From: an uncultured Gemmatimonadaceae bacterium
GTDB lineage: Bacteria > Gemmatimonadota > Gemmatimonadetes > Gemmatimonadales > Gemmatimonadaceae
Length of the DNA: 64,000 bases
Direction: 5' to 3'
Assembly: GCA_963822945.1 (NCBI GenBank)
Contig: CAWGJO010000017.1
Span: 1-64,000 of the forward strand
Each line of letters starts with the position of its first letter. Positions within the stretch are counted from its first letter, which is position 1. The notes beneath the pieces are model-generated. The model searched no databases and was not told the origin of the DNA. It saw only the letters and a program-made list of their open reading frames with translations. A program made the translations under genes and the position numbers. This document shows positions 46,908-58,835 of this stretch, one piece after another.

Positions 46908-48235
46908 GATCGATAGTACTCCAGGCCCAGATGCGTGATCTGCTCCTCACCCATGAGGTGGCGGAGCGTGTTCTTCAGCTTGGTCTGCTGAATGAAAAGA
47001 TCGTGCTCCGGCTGCAGTCCCGCAGCGGCCATGGGCGACTTGTAATAGAAACTTAACCATTCCTGGATTCCCTTCATGCCGGCGCGCTGGGCGAAATCGG
47101 AGAACAGCGCGAGGTCGAGCACGAGGGGCGCGGCGAGAATCGAGTCGCGGCACAGGAAGTTCACCTTGATCTGCATCGGGTAGCCCATCCACCCGACGAT
47201 GTCGATGTTGTCCCAGCCTTCCTTGTTGTCGCCGCGCGGCGGGTAGTAGTTGATGCGCACGACGTGCGAGAAATCCTTGTACAGGTCCGGATACTGCTCG
47301 GGCTGCAGGATGGTGTGCAGCACGCTGAGCTTGGATTCCTCCTTCGTCTTGAACGACTGGGGGTCGTCGAGCACTTCGCCGTCGCGGTTGCCGAGGATGT
47401 TGGTGGAGTACCACCCGGCGAGTCCGAGCATGCGCGCCTTGATGGCCGGCGCGATGACCGTCTTCATCCACGTCTGCCCGGTCTTGAAGTCCTTTCCCGA
47501 AATCGGAACGCCCTTGTCGATGGCGAGCTGCTGCAGCGCCTGGGTGTCCACGGCGAGGTTGGGAGCCCCGTTGGCGTACGGGATGCCCTCCATGATCGCC
47601 GCGTAGGCATACAGCATGGCGGGCGAGATCGCTTCGTCATTCTCGTCCATCGCCTTCTCGAAGGCGGCGAGGCTGGCATGCTGCGGTCCCGGGCGGATGA
47701 AGATCTCGGTGGACGCGCACCACACGACCACCAGGCGGTCGAGCTTGTGCTTGGCCTTGAAGTCGCGCATGTCCTGGCGCAGCTGCTCGGCCAGGTCGCG
47801 CTTCGTCTTGCCCTTCTTGACGTTGCTGCCGTTGATGCGCGTGACGTAGTGATTGTCGAACACGGCCGGCATCGGCTTGATGCCCTTGAGAAAGTCGGCC
47901 ACGCGCTCCAGGTCGGCCGCTTCGAGCACGCCGGCCTTCTTGGCCGCCGTGTAGGCGTCGTCGGGGATCGGGTCCCAGGCGCCGAACACGAGGTCGTCGA
48001 GCTCGGCGAGCGGCGCGAAATCCTTGATCAACGGCGATCGATTGTCGGTACGCTTGCCCAGCCGGATGGTGGCCATCTGGGTGAGCGAGCCGATGGGCTT
48101 GGAGTACCCGCGGCGAATGCTCTCGACGCCGGCCATGAAGGTGGTGGCGACAGCCCCGAGTCCGGGGGTCAGCACACCCAGCTTTCCGGTGGCCGGCCGG
48201 GGCGCCTGCGGCGTTTCGGAAGACGAACCCTGCAC
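46904..48235 (-). CDS. ino1: myo-Inositol-1-phosphate synthase
   Basis: GLGAVA, GKDFKTGQT, NILGNRDG, GDNKE and RDSILAAPLVLDL. AAGGAG precedes GTG 48235. Confidence 0.95.
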   Translation of the reverse strand: MQGSSSETPQAPRPATGKLGVLTPGLGAVATTFMAGVESIRRGYSKPIGSLTQMATIRLGKRTDNRSPLIKDFAPLAELDDLVFGAWDPIPDDAYTAAKKAGVLEAADLERVADFLKGIKPMPAVFDNHYVTRINGSNVKKGKTKRDLAEQLRQDMRDFKAKHKLDRLVVVWCASTEIFIRPGPQHASLAAFEKAMDENDEAISPAMLYAYAAIMEGIPYANGAPNLAVDTQALQQLAIDKGVPISGKDFKTGQTWMKTVIAPAIKARMLGLAGWYSTNILGNRDGEVLDDPQSFKTKEESKLSVLHTILQPEQYPDLYKDFSHVVRINYYPPRGDNKEGWDNIDIVGWMGYPMQIKVNFLCRDSILAAPLVLDLALFSDFAQRAGMKGIQEWLSFYYKSPMAAAGLQPEHDLFIQQTKLKNTLRHLMGEEQITHLGLEYYRS

Positions 48236-48239
48236 GACG

Positions 48240-48956
48240 TTAATCTCCTTTGAGCAAGGGACGCGCATCGAAGGCGGCCGCGGGCGGCGTGGATGTCTGT
48301 CCCGCCGCCTCCCCGACCGATGCTGAGGCGTCCGTGGGCGTCGTGGCTCTATAGACGAAAGCCACACGCTGGTAAACGGTAATCCAGGCCGTCACGGTCA
48401 GGATCACGATGATGGTCGCAAGGACGACTCCATGCAGGGTCAGTCCGAAGAACGCCTGCGGCACCGAGAGCAACACCACGCGCTCGGGACGCTGCAGCAT
48501 CCCCACCTTGGCGTGGATTCCGAGGGCTTCCGCCCGCGCCCGCGTATACGACGTAAGGAACGCGCCGATGAGGCCGAGGAGGCAGACGACCACCATCGGC
48601 ACGCTGGCCCACGAGTGGTGCGTCTGGTTCAACGCGTAGAAGACGGCGAGCCCGCCCAGCACGAAGCCGTCGGCCAGGCGATCGAGCGTCGAGTCGAGAA
48701 ACGCGCCGAACGTGGACGCCTGGTTGGACCGCCGGGCCACGGTGCCGTCGAGAACATCGAAGATGGCGGTCAGCCCGAGGAAGAATCCGCCCACGCTGAT
48801 GTGCCCGGTCCCGTAGACGACCCCGCCGATAACGGTGCACAAGGTCCCGATCACCGTGATGGTGTTGGGGTGCACACCGTGGCGCACGCACCAATCCGCC
48901 ACCGGATCGATGAGGCGCAGGTAACCGTTCTTAAGCCAGTCCGGCAGAATCTTCAT
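48240..48956 (-). CDS. CDP-alcohol phosphotransferase, probable phosphatidylinositol-phosphate synthase
   Basis: PNTIT, DVLDGTVAR...GAFLDSTLDRLAD, SYTRARAE and RPER; adjacent to ino1. Confidence 0.85.
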   Translation of the reverse strand: MKILPDWLKNGYLRLIDPVADWCVRHGVHPNTITVIGTLCTVIGGVVYGTGHISVGGFFLGLTAIFDVLDGTVARRSNQASTFGAFLDSTLDRLADGFVLGGLAVFYALNQTHHSWASVPMVVVCLLGLIGAFLTSYTRARAEALGIHAKVGMLQRPERVVLLSVPQAFFGLTLHGVVLATIIVILTVTAWITVYQRVAFVYRATTPTDASASVGEAAGQTSTPPAAAFDARPLLKGD

Positions 48957-49056
48957 TCGGCTCCGAGACACGCACTCGGCGGGCGCCGCGCCGCTCGATC
49001 TGCAGGCGGGGGCGGGGGGCACAAAGCAAACGGCCGGAGCAACGCCCCGGCGGCTA

Positions 49057-49085
49057 ATAGTATCCCGATGGCAAACAGGTAGCAA
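49057..49085 (-). promoter_or_regulatory. Sigma70-type promoter of the phosphotransferase-ino1 operon
   Basis: TTGCTA-N17-TACTAT. Confidence 0.6.
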
Positions 49086-49134
49086 CCGCGATGCCGGGCG
49101 TTTCCCCGCGGCGGGGACGGTCGTATTCTAGGGG

Positions 49135-50376
49135 ATGCCACATCCCCGATTTTCGTACCGTCTGGCGCTCGCGTTCGCCGTCGCGACGGCCGCACCGTTC
49201 GCGGCCGCGGCCCAGGGTCCGTACGCGGGGCGCCCAGCCACCGCGCGCCCCGCAACGCTCGCCCGCGCACTCCACGACACGCTGCGTGAAGTGCTCGATG
49301 CCGCCGTTCGCGAGCATGCGTTCCCGGGCGCGTACGCCGTGATCGGCGACCATGCGGGCATTCTGGCGAGCTACGGGGCCGGTCACCTCGACTGGGCCCC
49401 GTCACCCCGCCCCGACGCCCATACCATCTGGGACCTGGCATCGCTGACCAAAGTCATCGGCATGACCTCGGCGATGATGCAGCTGGTCGAGGAGGGCCGC
49501 GTCTCGCTGGACGCCCCGGTACAGCGCTACCTCCCGGAGTGGACCGGCCCGCACAAAGCCGACGTCACCGTGCGCGACCTGCTCACCCACACATCGGGGC
49601 TCCCGGCGTTCCGGGCGTACGACCGGATCACGACCAACGCCGACAGCATCGCCAAGTTGATGATGGCCGAGCCGCTGGAAGCGTTGCCCGGTACGCGCTA
49701 CGTGTACAGCGACATCGGCGCGTATCTGGCCGGGAAGATCGTCGAGCGGGTCAGTGGGCAGCGTCTCGACCACTACCTGGCCGACCACGTCTTCGGGCCG
49801 CTGGGTATGCATGAAACGATGTACAATCCGCCCGCCTCACTACGGCCGCGTATCGCACCCACCGAGGTGGATCCTCGGCGGGGCGGCAAGCTGCGGGGGC
49901 GGGTGCACGACGAGCGGGCGTACTACCTGGGTGGCATCTCGGCGCACGCGGGCTTGTTCAGCAGCGGCCACGATCTGGCCAGGTTCGCCGAGATGTACCT
50001 GAATGGCGGAGCGCTCGGATCGGTGCGGTTGTTCCGGCCGCAAACGGTCATCGAGTTCACGACGCTCCAGGATACATCCCTCTCCGACCGCGCCATCGGG
50101 TGGGAGAAGCCCGACGGCACCAACTCCGCCGGCCACCTGATGTCGCCGTCGGCGTTCGGGCACACGGGGTTCACCGGCACGTCCATCTGGATCGACCCCG
50201 CGCGGGACCTGTTCATCGTGCTCCTGACCAATCGCGTGGACCCGACCAGGAACAACCACAAGATCGGCGGGGTTCGTATCGCACTGGCCGACGCCCTGGG
50301 TGGGGTGGTGGCCCGTGGAGGGGCGCCGGTCGCGGCGGGCTCGGGAAGCGTCCCCGGCGCCCAGCGCCGGAAATGA
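49135..50376 (+). CDS. Secreted serine hydrolase, beta-lactamase class C/AmiE-like
   Basis: Signal peptide; SLTK, LLTHTSG, YSD, VHD and GHTGFTG. Confidence 0.88.
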   Translation: MPHPRFSYRLALAFAVATAAPFAAAAQGPYAGRPATARPATLARALHDTLREVLDAAVREHAFPGAYAVIGDHAGILASYGAGHLDWAPSPRPDAHTIWDLASLTKVIGMTSAMMQLVEEGRVSLDAPVQRYLPEWTGPHKADVTVRDLLTHTSGLPAFRAYDRITTNADSIAKLMMAEPLEALPGTRYVYSDIGAYLAGKIVERVSGQRLDHYLADHVFGPLGMHETMYNPPASLRPRIAPTEVDPRRGGKLRGRVHDERAYYLGGISAHAGLFSSGHDLARFAEMYLNGGALGSVRLFRPQTVIEFTTLQDTSLSDRAIGWEKPDGTNSAGHLMSPSAFGHTGFTGTSIWIDPARDLFIVLLTNRVDPTRNNHKIGGVRIALADALGGVVARGGAPVAAGSGSVPGAQRRK

Positions 50377-50395
50377 CCCGGGGCGGAACGCGTGC

Positions 50396-50423
50396 TTGAA
50401 GCACCGGACCGGAACGCTATATT
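50396..50423 (+). promoter_or_regulatory. Sigma70-type promoter upstream of iscA
   Basis: TTGAAG-N16-TATATT, followed by a TGAGCGG/CCGCTCA leader hairpin (50437-50459) and GGAGG. Confidence 0.55.
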
Positions 50424-50476
50424 TCGCCCGTGTGCATGAGCGGGAGTACAAGCCGCTCAACGACTTGGAGGATTTG

Positions 50477-50833
50477 ATGAGCATCAGTCAACAGCCGGAA
50501 GTCATGGTGACCGTCACGGACGTCGCCGGCGCCGAAGTCAAGAAGTTCATGGACCAGGAAGGCGTGGATCCCGCAGTCGGCGGGTTGCGCGTGAGCGTGC
50601 AACCGGGTGGGTGCAGCGGATTCAAGTACGGCCTGCTCATCGAGGATGCCGCGGCCGACGACGATTTCGTGGTCGATCAGGGTGGATGGCGCGTCCTGGT
50701 GGACCCCTTCTCGGCGCAGTACCTGAACGGCGTCACGATCGATTACGTGTCGTCGATGCAGGGTTCGGGATTCACGTTCAAGAATCCGAACGCGACGGGC
50801 GGATGCGGGTGCGGTAGCTCCTTCACCGCTTGA
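50477..50833 (+). CDS. A-type Fe-S cluster carrier (IscA/ErpA/HesB)
   Basis: GGCSGFKY and NPNATGGCGCGSSF. Confidence 0.95.
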   Translation: MSISQQPEVMVTVTDVAGAEVKKFMDQEGVDPAVGGLRVSVQPGGCSGFKYGLLIEDAAADDDFVVDQGGWRVLVDPFSAQYLNGVTIDYVSSMQGSGFTFKNPNATGGCGCGSSFTA

Positions 50834-52356
50834 GTAGCGGCTTCACCGCTCTCGACGCCGTCGTCCTCGTCGCCTACCTGGCGGGGACGACGGCGTTTGG
50901 CGTCTGGCTCGGGCGCCGGCAGAAAGATGCGCGCGACTACTTCGTGGCCGGCCGGAACATTCCCTGGCCGGCCGTCATGTTTTCGGTGGTCGCCACCGAA
51001 ACGAGCGCGCTGACCTTCATCAGCATCCCGGGGCTGGCCTACATCGGCAACCTCGGCTTTCTGCAGGTGGTGGCCGGCTACCTGCTCGGCCGCATCGTGC
51101 TCGCCTACACGCTTCTGCCCCGCTACTACCAGGGCGAGATCGTGACCGCGTATGCGATGCTCGAGCGCCGCTTCGGCCTGGCCACGCGGCGGTTCACGTC
51201 GATCGTGTTCATGGGCACCCGGGTGCTCGCCGACTCGGTGCGCATCTTCGCGACCGCCATTCCCGTGGCGCTGATCCTGGCCGGGACGGGGGCCGTCTCG
51301 TCGCGCCACACGATGCAGGCGGGGATTCTCATCCTCGGGCTCCTGACCGTGGTCTACACGTACAAGGGCGGTATGCGCGCCGTGGTCTGGACGGAACTGA
51401 TCCAGGCGGGGATCTACATCTTCGGCGGCCTGGTGGCCGTGGTGCTGCTCGGGCGCTCGGCGCCCGGCGGGTGGGGCGCCATTCTCCATTCGGCGCACGC
51501 CGCGGGCAAGCTGCAGGTGATCGACTGGTACACGGGTTTCGACCGCCCGTTCACCGTGCTCGCCGGCCTGCTCGGGGGCGCCTTCCTCTCCATGGCCTCG
51601 CACGGTGCCGATCAGCTCATCGTGCAGCGGCTGCTGTCGAGCCGCTCGCTGCGCGACGCACAGAAGGCCGTGATCGGCAGCGGCGTCGCCGTCCTCGCGC
51701 AGATGGCCCTCTTCCTGATCATCGGGATCGGGTTGTGGGCGCATTTCGCCGGCCGGACGTTCGCCTCACCCGACAACGTCTTCCCGACCTTCATTCTCGA
51801 AGCGATGCCGAGTGGCCTGCTCGGTCTCGTGATCGCGGCGATCATCGCGGCCACGATGAGCACCCTGTCGGGCACGATCAACGCGCTGGCTGCCTCGGCC
51901 ACCCACGACATCTACCTGCCGCTCACGGGGCGCTCGGCGGACGACCCACGCACGCTGCTGGTGGGCAAGCGGTTGGCGCTCTTCTGGGGCCTGGCGCTCA
52001 CGCTCGGGGCCCTGCTCTACCGCCAGCAGGGCACGCCGGTGGTGGTGATCGCGCTGTCCATTGCGTCGTTCACGTACGGCGGCCTGCTGGGCGGATTTTC
52101 GCTGGCGCTGTTCGTGCGCCGGGCCCGCCAGCGCGACGCCATACTCGGGATGTCGGTCGGGATTGCCGCGATGGCGATCGTGGTATTCGCAAAACAGCTC
52201 GCGACCGCCTATCCTTCGCTCGCCGCGACCCTCGGCCCGTTGGGCCGGATTGCGTGGCCCTGGTACGTGCTGATCGGCACGACCCTCACCCTTCTCACCG
52301 GAACCCTGTCGTCGTTCGCGCGCCGTGAGCGCCCGAACGACGCACTCGCGACATGA
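50830..52356 (+). CDS. Sodium:solute symporter family transporter
   Basis: DYFVAGR, ATETSALTFIS, GADQLIVQRLL and AATMST; many TM helices. Confidence 0.92.
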   Translation: MSSGFTALDAVVLVAYLAGTTAFGVWLGRRQKDARDYFVAGRNIPWPAVMFSVVATETSALTFISIPGLAYIGNLGFLQVVAGYLLGRIVLAYTLLPRYYQGEIVTAYAMLERRFGLATRRFTSIVFMGTRVLADSVRIFATAIPVALILAGTGAVSSRHTMQAGILILGLLTVVYTYKGGMRAVVWTELIQAGIYIFGGLVAVVLLGRSAPGGWGAILHSAHAAGKLQVIDWYTGFDRPFTVLAGLLGGAFLSMASHGADQLIVQRLLSSRSLRDAQKAVIGSGVAVLAQMALFLIIGIGLWAHFAGRTFASPDNVFPTFILEAMPSGLLGLVIAAIIAATMSTLSGTINALAASATHDIYLPLTGRSADDPRTLLVGKRLALFWGLALTLGALLYRQQGTPVVVIALSIASFTYGGLLGGFSLALFVRRARQRDAILGMSVGIAAMAIVVFAKQLATAYPSLAATLGPLGRIAWPWYVLIGTTLTLLTGTLSSFARRERPNDALAT

Positions 52357-53279
52357 CGGCATTCGTAATCGGCATCGACGGCGGCGGCACCAAGACCACG
52401 GCGCTCGTGGCGGACGATCAGGGCAAACCTATCGGCGAGGCCACCGGCGCCCCGAGCGCGGTACGCCCCGACGGGATCGACGAGAGCGCTTCGATCATCG
52501 AAGCCACGGCCCGGGCGGCACTGAGCCAGGCGGGAATCGACGAGCCGCCACGCGTGATCTGCGTGGGCGTGGCCGGGGTCGGCCGAGAGTCGCTGCGGCT
52601 CGAGTTGTGGGAAGCGCTGAACAGCCGCGATCTCGCCGAAGAAGTCGTCGTGCACACCGACTACTCGATCGCCTTCGACGACGCCTTCGGCCAGGGAACC
52701 GGCATTCTGCTGCTCGCCGGCACCGGATCGGTGGCCGTGGGGCGCGGTCCCACGGGCGCCATGGCCCGGTGCGGCGGGTGGGGCCCGGTGTTCGGGGACG
52801 AGGGCGGCGGCGCGTGGATCGGGCGTCGCGCGCTCTCCATCGTGGCCGCTGCCGCGGATGGGCGCGAACCCGAGACGGCGCTCACCGGCGCGGTGCTCAC
52901 GGCCACGGAGGCCAGCGAGGTGGCCGACCTGATCGCGTGGGCGGCCGACGCCACGCCGAGCGACCTGGCGACGCTGGCGCCCGTGGTGCTGCAGGTGGCG
53001 GCTGCCGGAGATCTGCGCGCGAACTCCCTGCTCGACCTGGCCACCGAGGAGTTGACCCTGCACGTTCGCGCGCTTGCGCGGCAACTGTTCACCGACGAAC
53101 GCGCGGCGATTGCCATGGCGCTCAGCGGCGGGCTGCTGGCCCGCGGAGGCGCACTGCGGAAGCGCGTCACGCAACGGCTCAAGCACGCCGTACCCGGCGC
53201 GCAGCTGGCCAGTGAAGACGTGGTGCCGGCGCGCGGAGCGGTTCGGGCGGCCCTGCACTTCCTGGGCGATACGATCTGA
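52353..53279 (+). CDS. BadF/BadG/BcrA/BcrD-type N-acetylglucosamine/N-acetylmuramate kinase
   Basis: GIDGGGTKT, AGTGS, GGWGPVFGDEGGG and SGGL. Confidence 0.85.
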   Translation: MTAFVIGIDGGGTKTTALVADDQGKPIGEATGAPSAVRPDGIDESASIIEATARAALSQAGIDEPPRVICVGVAGVGRESLRLELWEALNSRDLAEEVVVHTDYSIAFDDAFGQGTGILLLAGTGSVAVGRGPTGAMARCGGWGPVFGDEGGGAWIGRRALSIVAAAADGREPETALTGAVLTATEASEVADLIAWAADATPSDLATLAPVVLQVAAAGDLRANSLLDLATEELTLHVRALARQLFTDERAAIAMALSGGLLARGGALRKRVTQRLKHAVPGAQLASEDVVPARGAVRAALHFLGDTI

Positions 53280-53286
53280 CGACGAT

Positions 53287-53307
53287 GCGCGCGGCGGCGC
53301 CGCGCGC
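53287..53307. terminator. 9-bp GC hairpin between convergent genes
   Basis: GCGCGCGGC-GGC-GCCGCGCGC; no U tract. Confidence 0.35.
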
Positions 53308-53316
53308 CGACGGGTC

Positions 53317-54612
53317 TTAGGCGGCCGCCGAGCCGGCGTCAGCCGGCGCCAACTCGCCCTCGATCTGCGCCATGACGACCGACGCCAGGCAGTTGCCGAG
53401 GACGTTGATCGACGTGCGGGCCATGTCCATGAACGCGTCGATGCCGAGCAGGATCGCGACGCCGTCCAGGGGGAGGTTGAACTGCGTGAGCGCCCCGGAG
53501 AGGATCACGAGCGCGGCGCGCGGTACACCGGCCACGCCCTTGCTGGTCAGCATGAGCGTCAGCATCATGACGATCTGCGTCCCCAGCGGCATGTGCATCC
53601 CCGCCGCCTGCGCCACGAACACCGAGGCGAGCGCCAGATAGAGCGTCGTCCCGTCGAGGTTGAACGAGTACCCCGTGGGGATGACGAACGCGACGATGCG
53701 GCGCGGCACGCCCATCTCCTCCATCCGTTCCATGGCCAGTGGAAGGGCGGCCTCCGACGACGCGGTCGTGAAGGCGATGAGCCAGGGTTCCTTGATCGCC
53801 GAGATGAAGCGGCGGATCGGCACCTTGAAGGTCACGGCCACGGGCAGCAGCACGGCCAGCACGAAGATCACCAGCGCCCCGTACAGCGAGAGCACGAGCA
53901 CCGCGAGCCGGCGCAGAACGTCCATGCCGCTGGTGCCCACCGTGACGGCGATCGCCGCGCCGATGCCGATGGGGGCGAACCACATCACGATGCCGGTGAA
54001 CTTGAACATGATCTGCGAGAGCCCCTCGCAGAACGACAGCATCGTCTCCTTGCCCCGGCCTCCGGGCACCTGTGAGAGCGCCACGGCGAAGATGATGGCG
54101 AAGAAGACGATCTGCAGCACTTCGTTGTTGGCGGCCGCTTCGAAGAAGCTCTGCGGGATCGTATGCATCATCACGCCGCTGAACGTCGCGTGCGTGGTCG
54201 CCAGCCCGGCGGTCTGGGCCGCCGTCGCGCTGCCCAGGTCGACCCCGACCCCGGGCTTCACCAGGTTGACCACGGCGAGCCCCACCACGAGGGCGAGCGT
54301 GGTGATCACTTCGAAGTAGATGATCGCGCGGAGGGCGAGCTTGCCCACGCGCTTCATGTCGTCGCCATGGCCGGCGATTCCCACCACCAGCGTGCCGAAG
54401 ATCAGGGGCACGATCAGCGACTTGATCATGCGCAGGAACAGCGTGGCCCAGATCTTCAGATCCGGGGCGGCCCACCCATGCTGGGCGCGGGCGCTCTCGG
54501 GGAACGCCCAGCCGACGAAGATCCCGACCACCATCGAGATGATGATCCACTGCGACAGACTGATGCGCCGCAGGAATCCGCGGCGCGGCGGCGGTGACGG
54601 CGGCGCCGTCAC
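53317..54612 (-). CDS. Dicarboxylate/amino acid:cation symporter (GltP/DctA family)
   Basis: FTTASSEAALP, GYSFNLDGT, TSKGVAGVP and DMARTSINVLGN. Confidence 0.93.
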   Translation of the reverse strand: MTAPPSPPPRRGFLRRISLSQWIIISMVVGIFVGWAFPESARAQHGWAAPDLKIWATLFLRMIKSLIVPLIFGTLVVGIAGHGDDMKRVGKLALRAIIYFEVITTLALVVGLAVVNLVKPGVGVDLGSATAAQTAGLATTHATFSGVMMHTIPQSFFEAAANNEVLQIVFFAIIFAVALSQVPGGRGKETMLSFCEGLSQIMFKFTGIVMWFAPIGIGAAIAVTVGTSGMDVLRRLAVLVLSLYGALVIFVLAVLLPVAVTFKVPIRRFISAIKEPWLIAFTTASSEAALPLAMERMEEMGVPRRIVAFVIPTGYSFNLDGTTLYLALASVFVAQAAGMHMPLGTQIVMMLTLMLTSKGVAGVPRAALVILSGALTQFNLPLDGVAILLGIDAFMDMARTSINVLGNCLASVVMAQIEGELAPADAGSAAA

Positions 54613-56165
54613 GCCGCTTCTTTCCGGTCCGCCGCCCGCTGGCGGAGTGTGGAGTGCGTGTAGCCGTAGGTGAAGTACAGCACCAGGCCGATGATCAGCC
54701 AGATGACGAAGCGGATCCAGGTGACCGTGGGCAGCTGCCACATCAGGTAGAAGCACGCCGCGATCGAGATGAGCGGGGTGAGCGGCACCCAGGGCACACG
54801 GAAGGGACGTGGACGGTCGGGCTCGATGCGCCGCAGGAAGATCACGCCGGCCGAGACGAGCACGAACGCGAACAGCGTGCCGATGTTGGTGAGGTCCACC
54901 ACCTCGGCGATGTTGGCGAAGGCGGCGAAGGTGGCCACGAAGATGCCGGTGAGGATGGTGCCCACGTACGGCGTCTTGTACTTGGGGTGCACCTTGGCCA
55001 GCACCGGCGGGAGCAGCCCGTCGCGCGACATGGAAAAGAAGATGCGCGGCTGACCGAGTTGGAACACGAGGAGCACGCTCCCCATGGCGATCACGGCGCC
55101 GAGCGAGACGATGAAGCGCGACGCATTGATGAGCCCCGACGGCCCCTCGGCGAACCGGAGCGCGGTGATCATCGGTTCGGCGGTCCCGAGACTCTTCCAC
55201 GGCGCCATGCCCGTCATCACGATCGAGATCGCGATGTAGAGCACGGTGCAGATGATGAGGCTCATGATGATGCCGAACGGCATGTCCTTGGGCGGGTCCT
55301 TGGTCTCTTCGGCAGCCGTGGACACGGCGTCGAAGCCGATGTAGCTGAAGAAGATGATCGCGGCGCCGGCGCTGATGCCCTTGATACCGTTGGGATTGAA
55401 GCCGCCGGTGTCGGGATTGGTCCAGTTGTGCGGGTGGATGAGGAACGCACCGACGGCGATGAAGAACAGGATGATGGCGACCTTGAGGACGACCATCGCA
55501 TTGTTCGTGTCGGCCGACTCCTTGATACCGATCACGAGAATGACCGTGATCAGGGCGACGACGGCCACCGCCGGCAGGTTGATGATGAGCGGGATGTGGC
55601 CGATGTGCGGCGCCCCCGTCCAGGCCGACGCCAGGTATTGCGTGGTCGCGTCGCCGGTGCCGCCGCCGGCGAGCAGCCGGAAGGCGTCGTGCGCGGACCG
55701 GTAATCCGTGCCCAGCCAAGCGGGGAGGCTCAGACCGAAGTGGCCGATCAACTCGCGGAAGTACCCCGCCCAGCCGATGGCCACGCCGATGTTCCCCACC
55801 GCGTATTCGATGATGAGATCCCACCCGATGATCCAGGCGACGAACTCGCCGATCGACGCGTAGGCGTAGGTGTACGCCGAGCCCGCCACCGGTACCATGG
55901 CGGCGAACTCGGCGTAGCAGAGCGCCGCGAACCCGCAGGCCACGGCGGTGAGCAGGAACGAGAAGATGATGGCCGGCCCGGCCCCGGGGCGTGCTGCATC
56001 GCCCACGATGGCCGTGCCGGTGGTCGCGAAGATGCCGGCGCCGATGGTCGCGCCGACGCCGAGCGCCGTGAGGTGCCACTTGCCGAGCGAGCGTTTGAGC
56101 CCGCCGTGCTCGGCGACATCGGCCTCGAAATCGGCGACCGACTTCCTCGCGAGCAGTCCCTTCAT
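54609..56165 (-). CDS. APC family amino acid permease (cationic amino acid transporter-like)
   Basis: GATIGAGIF, YAEFAAMVPVAGSAYTY and FSYIGFDAVSTAAEE. Confidence 0.93.
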   Translation of the reverse strand: MKGLLARKSVADFEADVAEHGGLKRSLGKWHLTALGVGATIGAGIFATTGTAIVGDAARPGAGPAIIFSFLLTAVACGFAALCYAEFAAMVPVAGSAYTYAYASIGEFVAWIIGWDLIIEYAVGNIGVAIGWAGYFRELIGHFGLSLPAWLGTDYRSAHDAFRLLAGGGTGDATTQYLASAWTGAPHIGHIPLIINLPAVAVVALITVILVIGIKESADTNNAMVVLKVAIILFFIAVGAFLIHPHNWTNPDTGGFNPNGIKGISAGAAIIFFSYIGFDAVSTAAEETKDPPKDMPFGIIMSLIICTVLYIAISIVMTGMAPWKSLGTAEPMITALRFAEGPSGLINASRFIVSLGAVIAMGSVLLVFQLGQPRIFFSMSRDGLLPPVLAKVHPKYKTPYVGTILTGIFVATFAAFANIAEVVDLTNIGTLFAFVLVSAGVIFLRRIEPDRPRPFRVPWVPLTPLISIAACFYLMWQLPTVTWIRFVIWLIIGLVLYFTYGYTHSTLRQRAADRKEAA

Positions 56166-56205
56166 GCGGTGTCTTGCCTCCCGAACCGCGGGGAGACGGC
56201 GTGGG

Positions 56206-58713
<2,508 letters not shown>

Positions 58714-58835
58714 CGTTGTCATTCTCCAGGGTGACAGGCAGACGCCGGACGCGGCGAGATGCCGCACGGTCGTCGTTCGAATCGGACCCGACGTCCACAC
58801 CCACGGACGACGGCCCCAACCACAGCGCGCCGCGG

